This document shows positions 55,400 to 64,000 of a stretch of DNA of 64,000 nucleotides, in pieces. The stretch spans positions 30,346 to 94,345 of the forward strand of contig CAIZWN010000083.1 in assembly GCA_903936705.1 (NCBI GenBank). The letters run 5' to 3'. The position numbers were made by a program, and so were the translations under genes. Numbering within the stretch: the first letter of the stretch is position 1; every line of letters begins with the position of its first letter. The DNA is from an uncultured Myxococcales bacterium. Lineage in GTDB: Bacteria > Myxococcota_A > UBA9042 > DTJE01. The notes beneath the pieces were generated by a model. That model did no database searches, was not told the origin of the DNA, and worked only from the letters and a program-made list of their open reading frames with translations.

Positions 55400-57094
55400 A
55401 TGTTTGACGTCAAATTCCGATCCGCTTCGAGGACGACGTTGTGTCTGCTGCTGGTGGTGGCCGGGTGCGCTTCCGGAGCAGCCGGGGACGATCCACGCGT
55501 TGAACGCCTGTTGGCTTCAATGACCGTCCCAGAAAAAGTTGGGCAGGTCATGGTGGGCTTCTTCCAGGGGCCGACACTGTCGTCCCAGCAGCAGCAGCGT
55601 ATCAGGGATCTGCACCTGGGCGGATTGATCCTGTACAGCAGTGCCGGCAATATCGAAAACACGGCGCAGGTGGCGGCCCTGGTGCGGTCCATTCAGCAGA
55701 CGGCCGTCGATGGTGCCCTGGTCCCACCCTTCGTGTCCATCGACCAGGAGGGCGGCATTGTGGCGCGCCTGACCCAGGGCGTGACGGTTTTTCCGGGCAA
55801 CATGGCCCTTGGCGCGGCCGGTAGTGCCGAACTGGCGGCCCGGGCTGCGTCGGTGACCACCAGGGAACTGCGGATCCTGGGTATCACAATGAACTTTGCT
55901 CCGGTGGTGGACGTGAACAGCAACCCTGCCAATCCGATCATTGGCATCCGCTCGTTCGGGTCCTCGCCCGACGAAGTGGCGCGCCTGGGCACGGCCTTCA
56001 TCGACCCCTGCCGGTCCAGCGGCGTGTTGTGCGTGGCGAAGCACTTCCCTGGGCACGGCGACACCGACACTGATTCCCACGTGGGCTTGCCGGTCGTGTT
56101 GCACGACCGGGCCAGGCTGGATGCGGTTGAGTTGCCCCCCTTCCAGGCCATGGTGGACGGGGGCGTCCCGGCTGTAATGACGGCCCACGTGGAGGTCCCG
56201 TCGCTGGATCCATCCGGTCTGCCGGCCACGCTGTCGGCACCGATCCTGAACGTGCTGCGGATCGAGATGGCCTTCGACGGACTGATTCTTTCCGATTCGA
56301 TGGGAATGGCGGCCATCGCCGCCGGCTGGGGACAGGAAGAGGCGGCGGTACTCTCCGTTTTGGCCGGGACGGACATCCTTCTGTACGGGGCCGACAAGCT
56401 GGCCGGTCCCGAGGCCCAGGACTCGGTCCACGCGGCCCTGGTCGCTGCAGTGCAGGAAGGACGGATTCCGCTGGACCGGCTGGACGCCTCGGTTCGACGA
56501 ATCCTGCGGGCCAAGGCGGCGTATGGGATCCTGGACAATCCGTGGCCCCGGGAAGGGGAACTTGCGTCCCTGGGCTCGTCTGACAACATGCAGGCTGCTA
56601 TCGATGTGGCTAGGGGCGCCGTGACGCTGGTGCGCAACGACGCGGGACTTCTTCCCCTGGCAGGCGAGGGCAGCATCCCTGTAATCTGGCCGGCGGAGGT
56701 CGAGGCGAACATGAAACCACTGCTGGACGCCCTCCCGCGGCTGACGCCGGTCCTGGCGCCACTGCAGCCCACGGCCGATGACGTGGCCCGAGTCCGGGAG
56801 TCGGTGCGTGGCGCGCCGGCCTTCGTCATCGGCAGCTACAACCTGGACAAGAACACAGGCTGGCGCGACCTGGTTCTAGCCTTGATCGACGAGAAGGCGG
56901 TCGTGATCGCGGTGCGCTCGCCTTATGACCTCCTGTACGTCCCCGAGGCCACGACATACGTCGCCTCATACAGCGATCGTCCGGCGGCCCTGCAGGCGCT
57001 GGCCGAAGTGCTGGGAGGCCAGCCACCGCGCGGGCACCTGCCGGTCGATCTGCCAGACCTGCATCCGCGGGGGTGGGGGTTGGATGGGTTCTGA
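55400..57094 (+). CDS. Glycoside hydrolase family 3 (NagZ/beta-hexosaminidase-like)
   Basis: KHFPGHGDTDTDSH signature and the GH3 N-terminal domain. Confidence 0.7.
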   Translation: MFDVKFRSASRTTLCLLLVVAGCASGAAGDDPRVERLLASMTVPEKVGQVMVGFFQGPTLSSQQQQRIRDLHLGGLILYSSAGNIENTAQVAALVRSIQQTAVDGALVPPFVSIDQEGGIVARLTQGVTVFPGNMALGAAGSAELAARAASVTTRELRILGITMNFAPVVDVNSNPANPIIGIRSFGSSPDEVARLGTAFIDPCRSSGVLCVAKHFPGHGDTDTDSHVGLPVVLHDRARLDAVELPPFQAMVDGGVPAVMTAHVEVPSLDPSGLPATLSAPILNVLRIEMAFDGLILSDSMGMAAIAAGWGQEEAAVLSVLAGTDILLYGADKLAGPEAQDSVHAALVAAVQEGRIPLDRLDASVRRILRAKAAYGILDNPWPREGELASLGSSDNMQAAIDVARGAVTLVRNDAGLLPLAGEGSIPVIWPAEVEANMKPLLDALPRLTPVLAPLQPTADDVARVRESVRGAPAFVIGSYNLDKNTGWRDLVLALIDEKAVVIAVRSPYDLLYVPEATTYVASYSDRPAALQALAEVLGGQPPRGHLPVDLPDLHPRGWGLDGF

Positions 57095-57201
57095 CGAATG
57101 GCCGGCATGATGGACGAATCGCCGGCTTGCAAAGGCCTTGGCTGCTTGCATCCCAGAAAATAGCCAAGTATTATTGCTACGGGCATTGTTCGAGGCATTA
57201 A

Positions 57202-57444
57202 ATGGCCCATCTGAACATATCACTTGACCAGGGGCTGGCAGACGAGCTTGTCAGGACGGTCCCGCGGCGTCAGCGCAGCGCATACGTTGCCGCGGCCATT
57301 GGCGAGAAGATTGCCCGCGATCGGCAGGTTGCCGGGATTCGTGAGTCGGCATGTGCCTGGGACAACGGAGGTCGCGGGGACGCCACCCAGGAAGTTCAAC
57401 TTATGCGCGAGGCCTGGGTGGGTCGAACCGACAAGATGGGCTGA
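57202..57444 (+). CDS. vapB: Type II antitoxin VapB-like (RHH/CopG-type)
   Basis: 80 aa, lying 4 nt upstream of a PIN-domain gene. Confidence 0.55.
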   Translation: MAHLNISLDQGLADELVRTVPRRQRSAYVAAAIGEKIARDRQVAGIRESACAWDNGGRGDATQEVQLMREAWVGRTDKMG

Positions 57445-57448
57445 AGCC

Positions 57449-57835
57449 ATGGCTGACTTGATCCTCGATTCCGACGTCGTCATCTGGCACCTTCGCGGGC
57501 GGCCCGTTGTCACCGAATTTATTCTGGCACTGGCATCACGCCTGCGCCTGGGGATATCGGCCGTGTCGCGGGCGGAGGTGATGGCCGGGGCACGGCTGTC
57601 GGAGGAGTCGGGCACGCTGCGTTTCCTGGATGCCTGCCAAACCATTGAGGTCAATGCCGACATCGCCGACATGGCAGGTCGGCTGGTTCGTAATCAGCGT
57701 GCCGACGGAATCACCATGCACCTTCCGGACGCCCTAATCGCGGCCTCGGCCTTGGTTTGCCATGTGCCGCTGTATACCTGCAATCCGCGCCACTACATCG
57801 TCGATGGTCTTGAAGTGAGGTCTGTGGCCCACTGA
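57449..57835 (+). CDS. vapC: PIN-domain toxin VapC
   Basis: LILDSDVVIW N-terminal acidic motif, with downstream conserved D/E residues typical of PIN. Confidence 0.65.
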   Translation: MADLILDSDVVIWHLRGRPVVTEFILALASRLRLGISAVSRAEVMAGARLSEESGTLRFLDACQTIEVNADIADMAGRLVRNQRADGITMHLPDALIAASALVCHVPLYTCNPRHYIVDGLEVRSVAH

Positions 57836-57852
57836 CTGACGGTGCTGACTTT

Positions 57853-58959
57853 CTACACCGTTGATCCGAACGCCATCAGTTCGTATACGGATTCCCCTTC
57901 CAGATGTTCATGCTGGCCGTTGCGCGTTACATCCAGTCGAGCCGCGCCCCGAAAGCGCAGGTACCACGGCCGGATGCCCATCAGCCTGGCCGCGGCAGCC
58001 TTCCAGCGGGGGAAGTAGTCCAGCAGGTCCAGCGCATAGATGTCGCTCTTTCTCTGAAGCTCCAGCGCAACTTGCAGGGCGTCATCGCGGTAATCGAATA
58101 CCAGCCGGTTTTCGACTTTCTTGCGGCTCTTGGGATGTATGAACGCGTTGTGGCGGTGCAGGATCATCCTGGACCCGTCGTCCGTCAGCATCCAGTCTCC
58201 CTTCGCCAGCATGAACAGCGGGGACTTCACTCCTCCGTACTTGGCCGAGGCAATCAGTTCAACTGCAATGATCGTGTACTCGCCAAGCTGGGTGCGGGAC
58301 CACCACCACGACTCCACCAGTTCGGACATCGCGACGTTGCCGTAGTTATGGTCGTGATATCCGGTACCAGCCACCTCGCGGGTCAGCCCGCCGGTTGTCA
58401 GCCGGCCCTTCACGCGCCCGAACGGTACCGGCACCATCCACCCAAAGAACGAGGTCTCGTCCTCGCCGTAGTACATCTTGCCGCACCCCGGCCTCCACGG
58501 CGGAGCAATCCCGTCCATCGCGAAATCCACCACGACGTCCTCTGCCACGGCATGGACCTCGTAGTGGTGCAGGTCGCCGGAAACCGTCGATTCTCCCATG
58601 ACGACATCGCACGTCTCGGCAGACGCTCGAAACGCACCTTCCCCCACCCAGTTCTCGACGCGCCGCTCGCGCCCGTCCGGGCTGGTAACCGTGATCTTCA
58701 CGTGCGGCCGGATGCCTTCGCCCACCCGACTCATGGGCTTGGTCAGAAAGTTAACGACGACGATGGTCCCGTCATCAAGATGAAAATCGAAATACCACCA
58801 CTCGAAAGTCCCCGCTCGTGCAGGAACCCTCTGCCCGTCCTCGCACGCGGCCGGTTGACGAACAATACCCTCGCGAACAAAATCCGAATCCAGCAATCCC
58901 ATCCGCATGGGCAAAGGCCGCCGATCAAGTCGCCTGGCCACGATTCCTGGCAGATTCAT
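57853..58959 (-). CDS. CrtC/AttH-like (hydroxyneurosporene synthase family, lipocalin-like) protein
   Basis: FEWWYFDFHLDDGT motif characteristic of the CrtC/AttH fold. Confidence 0.4.
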   Translation of the reverse strand: MNLPGIVARRLDRRPLPMRMGLLDSDFVREGIVRQPAACEDGQRVPARAGTFEWWYFDFHLDDGTIVVVNFLTKPMSRVGEGIRPHVKITVTSPDGRERRVENWVGEGAFRASAETCDVVMGESTVSGDLHHYEVHAVAEDVVVDFAMDGIAPPWRPGCGKMYYGEDETSFFGWMVPVPFGRVKGRLTTGGLTREVAGTGYHDHNYGNVAMSELVESWWWSRTQLGEYTIIAVELIASAKYGGVKSPLFMLAKGDWMLTDDGSRMILHRHNAFIHPKSRKKVENRLVFDYRDDALQVALELQRKSDIYALDLLDYFPRWKAAAARLMGIRPWYLRFRGAARLDVTRNGQHEHLEGESVYELMAFGSTV

Positions 58960-59169
58960 CGAAACCTCCGACACGGCGAAACCTGGTGCGAAAGCTAACA
59001 CCATCCCCGAAACTTGAGAATCAATAACCGCCGGATAAGACCCAATTCAGAATCAGGAACGATCGAATCAGGTGCGTAAGGCGAATGAACCACGAAACCG
59101 CGTCGGGAGTCGGTTTTCGCCAGCGTTAAGACAGGCGGTCATTTCGTTTCTGGTGGCCGCTGCCGTTCT

Positions 59170-59692
59170 CCAGATTCAATTCTGGAGCAGCGCGGACATC
59201 GGCTTGAACGGGCGGACCTCGGGCGCGTGGCCCACTATCTTGAACTGCTGGAAGGGGCCGGACTGGCGGGTGGTCTGGACAAGTACGCCGGGGACATTGC
59301 TCGCCAGCGAGGGTCCAGTCCAAAGCTGCTGGCGCTGAACCCTGCGCTGGCGACGGCGGTTGACAGCCGCCTTCCAGCCGAGGTGCGTATTGACTCGGAG
59401 GCGTGGGGGCCGCGTTGAAACCGCAGTCGGGGCGCATCTGGTCGCCGAGGCCGGAATGGCAGGTGCGGTGGTGCACTGGTGGCGCAATCGGAACTTCGAA
59501 GTTGATTTCGTATTGTCCAACTACAGGCGGACGCTGGCCATCGAGGCGAAGAGTGGTCGGCCACGTGACAACCGCCCCGGACTGGACGCATTCATGTCTG
59601 CATTCCTGGGTTCGCGCGTTCTGATCGTCGGCAGCGGCGGGATGCCCCTGGGGGAATTCCTAGCAGCACCGATCGAGGCTCTGCTGGGCTGA
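59170..59692 (+). pseudogene. Frameshifted, N-terminally truncated remnant of an AAA+ ATPase of the DUF4143 family
   Basis: Two frames carry consecutive C-terminal segments (..HYLELLEGAGLAGGLDKYAGDIARQ.. then ..NFEVDFVLSNYRRTLAIEAKSG..). No Walker A/B region is present upstream. Confidence 0.5.
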
Positions 59693-59868
59693 AATCGCCT
59701 TTCACGAAGTTGCTTACGCTGTTTTGCCAACACTGTTCTACCGGAAAACTCCGTACGCGCTTGCAATCAGCAAGTCTCAGCCGACGTCTGGGCGTCGAAA
59801 TTCTGGCTCCCTCCGTTTCATCATGGAAAATTCCTGACCTGACGCCCCCCGGCGAACGCGGTTGTTCA

Positions 59869-61620
59869 TCAGGCGGGGGCGCGGCGGGTTCCGGCGAGGG
59901 TGAAGCTGAAGGTCGCTCCTTGCCCGATTCCGGCCGACTCCATCCGGATCCGGCCTCCATGCATCTCCACGATCCGCTGGACCAGCGCCAGCCCGATACC
60001 GGAGCCCTCGGCCCGGGGGTCCAGTTTCTTGAAGGCGCCGAACAGTTCCGACGAATCCAGCGTCTCGATTCCGATGCCGTTGTCACGGACGAAGATCACT
60101 GGTTCTGGACCTTCGGAATCCACGCCGATTTCGATCCTTGGCGCGGACTGTTCACCCATGAACTTCGAAGCGTTGTCCAACAGGTTCTGGAACACCTCGA
60201 TCAGTCGCTCGGTGTCGCCCGTGACGAGGTACGGCTGAACCGTGACCACGACCGTGACGTTCCCGTCGGCGATCTGCCCGGCCACCAGGGCCAGAGCCTC
60301 CTGTACGATCGATTGCAGCGACACCTCGACCGCGACGTGAGTGGTGCGGCCGATGCTCGCCAGTTCCAGCAGTTCGTTCAACAGGCGGCCCATCTTCTCG
60401 GTAGCGGTCTGGATGAACCGAAGATCCCTGTCTATGAGCTGCGCATCGTTTGCCGCCAAATCCCGTCTCAGGAAGTCCAGGAAGGACCGTATGGTCACGA
60501 CCGGGCTCTTCAGGTCATGGGAAACGGCGTAGGAGAAGCGCGTCAGTTCCTCGTTCTTGCTCTTCAACTCCAGGCCGTAGGCCCTGAGTGCCTCCTCGTC
60601 CCGCTCGCGCTCGGTGATGTCGTTGATGCTCGACAGGACGTAGTCCTCGTTCTCGATTTGCAGAACCTCGGCCGAGAACAGCCCGGGAAACGTCGTTCCG
60701 GATTTTTTCCGGAACTGGTACTTCCTCCAGTGTACCTTGCCGCTTTGACGCAACTCGGCAGCGGCCTCGGCACGGTCCTCGGGCCGATCCCAGAGGTGCA
60801 GTTCGGTCGAGGTCCGATGGATCACCTCGGCGTGCGGGTATCCGGCCACGACGACGAAGCCCTCGTTGACGTCCGTGATAAGTCCGTCCGAAAGCCTGGT
60901 CAGGGTAAGAACGTATGGCGAGCACCGGAATGCCTTGGAAAACTTCTCCTCCTGGGAACTGACCTCAGCCAGCAGGCGTTTGTTCACCATCAAGACCAGT
61001 GTGACGGTGTGCAGAATCAGCAGCATCTGGTACGAAACGAGAACCAGCGCCTCGAAAGGGCCCGATAGGAAATAATCGGTGCTGTCGTGTGAATAGATGA
61101 AGAACTCGGCAATTCTGACTCCGCTGACCAGGCCATAGCCCACGAACACCGCCCCGACGCCGCGCGTGAACCCGCGCATGGAACGATCGACCCGGCGCAA
61201 GGCCAGCCACGCGCTCTGGACAACTATAATCAAGATGCCCAGGGACACATTGAGGTTTCTGACGGCCAAATCAGGCTGGACGAGTACGAAGTACGTGTGG
61301 ATGGTGGCAAAGACCCCAAGCAGCACATAGTTGTGGATCTGGGGAGTTCTCTTTCCAACGAAGCGTCCCAAGCCCCGGTAGACGAGCATGGCTCCAGCGA
61401 TCACCAGCGTGTTCGAAGCGACCATAGACATCATGTCGGGGATGTGGCCGCGCAGGGCAATCAATAAAAGCGCCCCAAGTTGGCAAGCGAAGCCGAGGAT
61501 CCAGTGTCCCGTACCAGCAAAGCGGTTGCGGCTCTGACGCCACAGCGCCGCCACGACGAGTATGCAGACGGCATCCGTGATGACGTTGCTGACGAGGATC
61601 GTTCGCAGGTCCAGCGGCAT
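59869..61620 (-). CDS. Sensor histidine kinase (multi-TM N-terminal sensor, PAS, HisKA, HATPase_c)
   Basis: H-box FSYAVSHDLKSP, with N, G1 and G2 boxes (DNGIGI, GSGIGL). Confidence 0.7.
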   Translation of the reverse strand: MPLDLRTILVSNVITDAVCILVVAALWRQSRNRFAGTGHWILGFACQLGALLLIALRGHIPDMMSMVASNTLVIAGAMLVYRGLGRFVGKRTPQIHNYVLLGVFATIHTYFVLVQPDLAVRNLNVSLGILIIVVQSAWLALRRVDRSMRGFTRGVGAVFVGYGLVSGVRIAEFFIYSHDSTDYFLSGPFEALVLVSYQMLLILHTVTLVLMVNKRLLAEVSSQEEKFSKAFRCSPYVLTLTRLSDGLITDVNEGFVVVAGYPHAEVIHRTSTELHLWDRPEDRAEAAAELRQSGKVHWRKYQFRKKSGTTFPGLFSAEVLQIENEDYVLSSINDITERERDEEALRAYGLELKSKNEELTRFSYAVSHDLKSPVVTIRSFLDFLRRDLAANDAQLIDRDLRFIQTATEKMGRLLNELLELASIGRTTHVAVEVSLQSIVQEALALVAGQIADGNVTVVVTVQPYLVTGDTERLIEVFQNLLDNASKFMGEQSAPRIEIGVDSEGPEPVIFVRDNGIGIETLDSSELFGAFKKLDPRAEGSGIGLALVQRIVEMHGGRIRMESAGIGQGATFSFTLAGTRRAPA

Positions 61621-61839
61621 TCCTGGTTACCTCGGCCACTGCTGGCCACCCTACCGTGGGGACATCTGCAAATCTTCCGTCTTCGTACCCAAAACCTTGC
61701 AGAGAGTGCAGATATCCGTGGACTGTACTCCGCTTTCGCGGCGATTGCCCAGTCCGTAGTTGGAGCCCCGCCTTCCGCCAAAGGCGTCTCAGGTGACGCC
61801 TTGTGGTCGTCCAGGCCCAGCAGGCGCTAGAATGCCGGC

Positions 61840-63249
61840 ATGGCGGAAACAGAAAAACCACGCCGCCTTGATCGGACGTTGACCAGTCGACTGGTCGCCT
61901 TGCTTGGCCTTCTGGTCTTCTTGGTGTCAACCGGCACTTCCCGGCCGTCCCTGGCAGCCACGTCGTGGGCACTCGAATTGTTCGCGTCGGGTCTTGGCGG
62001 ATTGATCCATCGGCACGCGGCGTACGGGTTTGACGCCGGCCTACTGGTTCAGGTGTCGTCGTTCAAGATTGCGCTTCTGGCGCCGATGCGTTTTGAGCAT
62101 CGCGGCCTGCGTCATCGCGACTGGGACGAACGTACGGACTTCGGGCGGATTGTCGGGGAACTTTCCTGGGGTGAGCCGAAAGACCCTATTCACGTGCGTA
62201 TTGCTGCCATCTCGTCACTGACCGTTGGCGTCGGAAACCTTGTCTTCAGGTATGCATCCACGGTCGATGTTGACCACTGGCGCACCGGTCTTGTTGCAGC
62301 CATCGATTTCAAGCCGGCTGGCGGTGTTGTGTTCGTTGACTCGGTCCTGGATCCCCAGGTCGCCGGCGGTCGTATTCATGTCAGGCCGTTCTTCTGGGCG
62401 GATGACCGTGGGACCTTTGGCCGCATGGAAATCGGCCTGTCGATGGTCGGTGATGCCGCCCAGCCTTCGGATGTTCTTCCTGGAGCTCCCGACGCTCACG
62501 GCCTTCCGTCGTCGCGTACGACTGCTCTGCTGGCCGGAGGAATCGACCTTCGTTGGCCTGTCTATCGAAACAGGGTTGCGGAAGTGACGCCGTATGCGGC
62601 CTGGTCGCGCCTTGGGAAGGCCGATGGAGTCCACGTCGGGCTGGCCCTGGATTTTGCGCCGCACCGCGACGTGCGCCTTGCCTTCCAGGGAGAGTGGCGC
62701 TGGCTGGGTTCCGGGTACGTCGCCTCGTACTTCGATGGCCTATATATGGCTGACCGATACGACTTCAACGGTGTCTCGAAGGCGGTTGCCCGGCGGCGCG
62801 CCAATTCGTCCAGAATGGGTGGTATGGCCGGAGCCCTTCTGGCATTCGAACCGTACGTGTCGCTGGGTGCGGTTGTGGAATGGGATGCTCGTTCCGAGTT
62901 CAGGAAGGTTCGCGGGGACCTGATCGTGACCGTGCCTGAAAGGATGCGTCTGGCGGCGTCGATCGGGGCTCGCGGCTTTGTGACGGGGTCGGACCTGGGT
63001 CACCCCGTGCGTCGGGTCGCTGCAGCGTCGGTGGACGTGTCGATCTACAGATCGATCGCGGTGTTTGCTGCCTATTCCCGGGACCTTGTCGTCGTACCGG
63101 CAGGGCAATCCTCGTCCAGGTATACGACATCCGACAGCGTTCTTGCCGGACTGCGCCTTGGTCTGGCCTTTGGCAGCGGGGATGGCAAAAAATCGGGGAA
63201 CTCGGCCGGGGATTCGGGGACTCCTCAGGGTGCCAAGGTTGAACACTGA
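61840..63249 (+). CDS. Hypothetical secreted, outer-membrane beta-barrel-like protein
   Basis: Signal-like N-terminus, alternating beta-strand pattern, Gly/Ser-rich C-terminal tail. Confidence 0.35.
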   Translation: MAETEKPRRLDRTLTSRLVALLGLLVFLVSTGTSRPSLAATSWALELFASGLGGLIHRHAAYGFDAGLLVQVSSFKIALLAPMRFEHRGLRHRDWDERTDFGRIVGELSWGEPKDPIHVRIAAISSLTVGVGNLVFRYASTVDVDHWRTGLVAAIDFKPAGGVVFVDSVLDPQVAGGRIHVRPFFWADDRGTFGRMEIGLSMVGDAAQPSDVLPGAPDAHGLPSSRTTALLAGGIDLRWPVYRNRVAEVTPYAAWSRLGKADGVHVGLALDFAPHRDVRLAFQGEWRWLGSGYVASYFDGLYMADRYDFNGVSKAVARRRANSSRMGGMAGALLAFEPYVSLGAVVEWDARSEFRKVRGDLIVTVPERMRLAASIGARGFVTGSDLGHPVRRVAAASVDVSIYRSIAVFAAYSRDLVVVPAGQSSSRYTTSDSVLAGLRLGLAFGSGDGKKSGNSAGDSGTPQGAKVEH

Positions 63250-63427
63250 CAAATGGATCACGCATGTCGGGTGCGCCAGGACTGGATGAATGTTCAACTG
63301 GCTGATATTCAAGTGTTAAGTTGTTGGCACTCTTAATGCATCAGAAATTGAGCATCGGAAACCGGGTGGTTGTGCTGTTTTCAGCGACCCGGTAGAATAT
63401 TGCTGCGAATGAATGGGGGTAGAAATC

Positions 63428-64000
63428 ATGCGTTTCACCAGTCGGCTCACCCACGTTTCGAAGGCTTTTGGTCTTGTTTGCCTGGGAGTGTTCGTGATGG
63501 GGGCGGACAAGGGGGGCTGTGGCGCATCGGATATCCCGACAGTGACGGGGGACCAGTGTTCCGCCGCAGCGGATTGCGAAGGGCTGCCGCATCGCACTTG
63601 TCTGGGCGCCTGGGCCTGTGACGTCGGCGCCTGCAATTGGGAATGCTCGACTGCTCCCGTCGATTGCACCGATGACAGCCAGTGCAAGACCGGCCAGGTC
63701 TGCAGGACCCAGTCGGTTTGTCCCGCATGCACGACGGCCGTTCCTCCCTGCGCCTCTCAATGCCAGATGCTTGGGCGTTGCGTTGTCGAAGAACCGCTGC
63801 CGAAGTGCATTACCGGCGGTTGCTCGGGCGAGTTGTGCGTTTCCGAGGATTCTGGTGGCATGGCGTCGCCCTGCTGGTACGCCGAATGGTTCAAGTGCCT
63901 CGGGTTCAGCACCTGTGGCAATTTCGGCGACAACGGGGCCTGCGGCTGGTCGAAGACTGCCGAATTCCAGCAGTGCATGTCTGGCCTGTCTTGCGACTCG
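63428..64000 (+). CDS. Secreted cysteine-rich protein (partial, continues beyond the window)
   Basis: Signal peptide MRFTSRLTHVSKAFGLVCLGVFVMGA, followed by about 24 Cys in 165 aa. No stop codon before the window end. Confidence 0.5.
   Translation, partial: MRFTSRLTHVSKAFGLVCLGVFVMGADKGGCGASDIPTVTGDQCSAAADCEGLPHRTCLGAWACDVGACNWECSTAPVDCTDDSQCKTGQVCRTQSVCPACTTAVPPCASQCQMLGRCVVEEPLPKCITGGCSGELCVSEDSGGMASPCWYAEWFKCLGFSTCGNFGDNGACGWSKTAEFQQCMSGLSCDS

Noticed and set aside
59710-61068. 452-aa plus-strand ORF, and the 364-aa plus-strand ORF at 57904..58998
   Set aside because: Antisense to the histidine kinase and to the CrtC-like gene respectively. No motifs. The sense-strand genes are well supported.

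Overview
The window is a two-part mosaic. Positions 1 to about 10,560 are a high-GC (about 68-72%, GC3 near saturation) actinobacterial-type genomic island. It ends with an excisionase gene, a tyrosine integrase gene and a tRNA-Gly(GCC) on the minus strand, whose 3' end abuts the integrase stop. From about 10,640 onward the DNA is about 60% GC host chromosome. Its gene content (tungsten aldehyde:ferredoxin oxidoreductase, Myxococcus-type cysteine-rich repeat protein, partial nuo cluster) suggests a Myxococcota/delta-proteobacterial-like anaerobe or facultative organism.

The island carries several modules:
- A translationally coupled JAMM/JAB metalloprotease plus minimal E1-like (ThiF) pair, truncated at the window edge.
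- Its own sigma-70-family factor, and a conserved ~45-bp element repeated in front of three island transcription units.
- A 21-codon hydrophobic sORF.
- A calcineurin-like metallophosphoesterase and a RadC-family JAB protein.
- A 3' remnant of comM/yifB.
- A Rad52-like annealing protein plus PD-(D/E)xK exonuclease pair.
- Two or three AlpA/Xis-like HTH proteins.

The host part encodes:
- A tungsten-enzyme locus (AOR-polyferredoxin fusion, MoaD with a C-terminal GG, ferredoxin, MoeA, a MoaC-MoaB fusion, a ModE-like regulator, tupABC, a dihaem cytochrome c with a Mo-binding domain, a porin).
- Rel/SpoT and RNase R.
- An approximately 940-aa lipoprotein made of about 18 tandem Cys-rich repeats.
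- A patatin-like lipase, LD-carboxypeptidase and CorC/UDP-glucose dehydrogenase.
- A putative surface-modification cluster (GT-C-like membrane protein plus two methyltransferases).
- A partial complex I cluster (nuoA-C-D-G-H-I) followed by mqo.
- A lipoprotein with clear homology to the domain-3 core of cholesterol-dependent cytolysins (a CDC-like pore-forming protein).
- A GH3 hydrolase, a VapBC pair, a decayed DUF4143-type ATPase pseudogene, a sensor kinase and a second Cys-rich secreted protein cut by the window end.

No CRISPR array and no rRNA gene is present.
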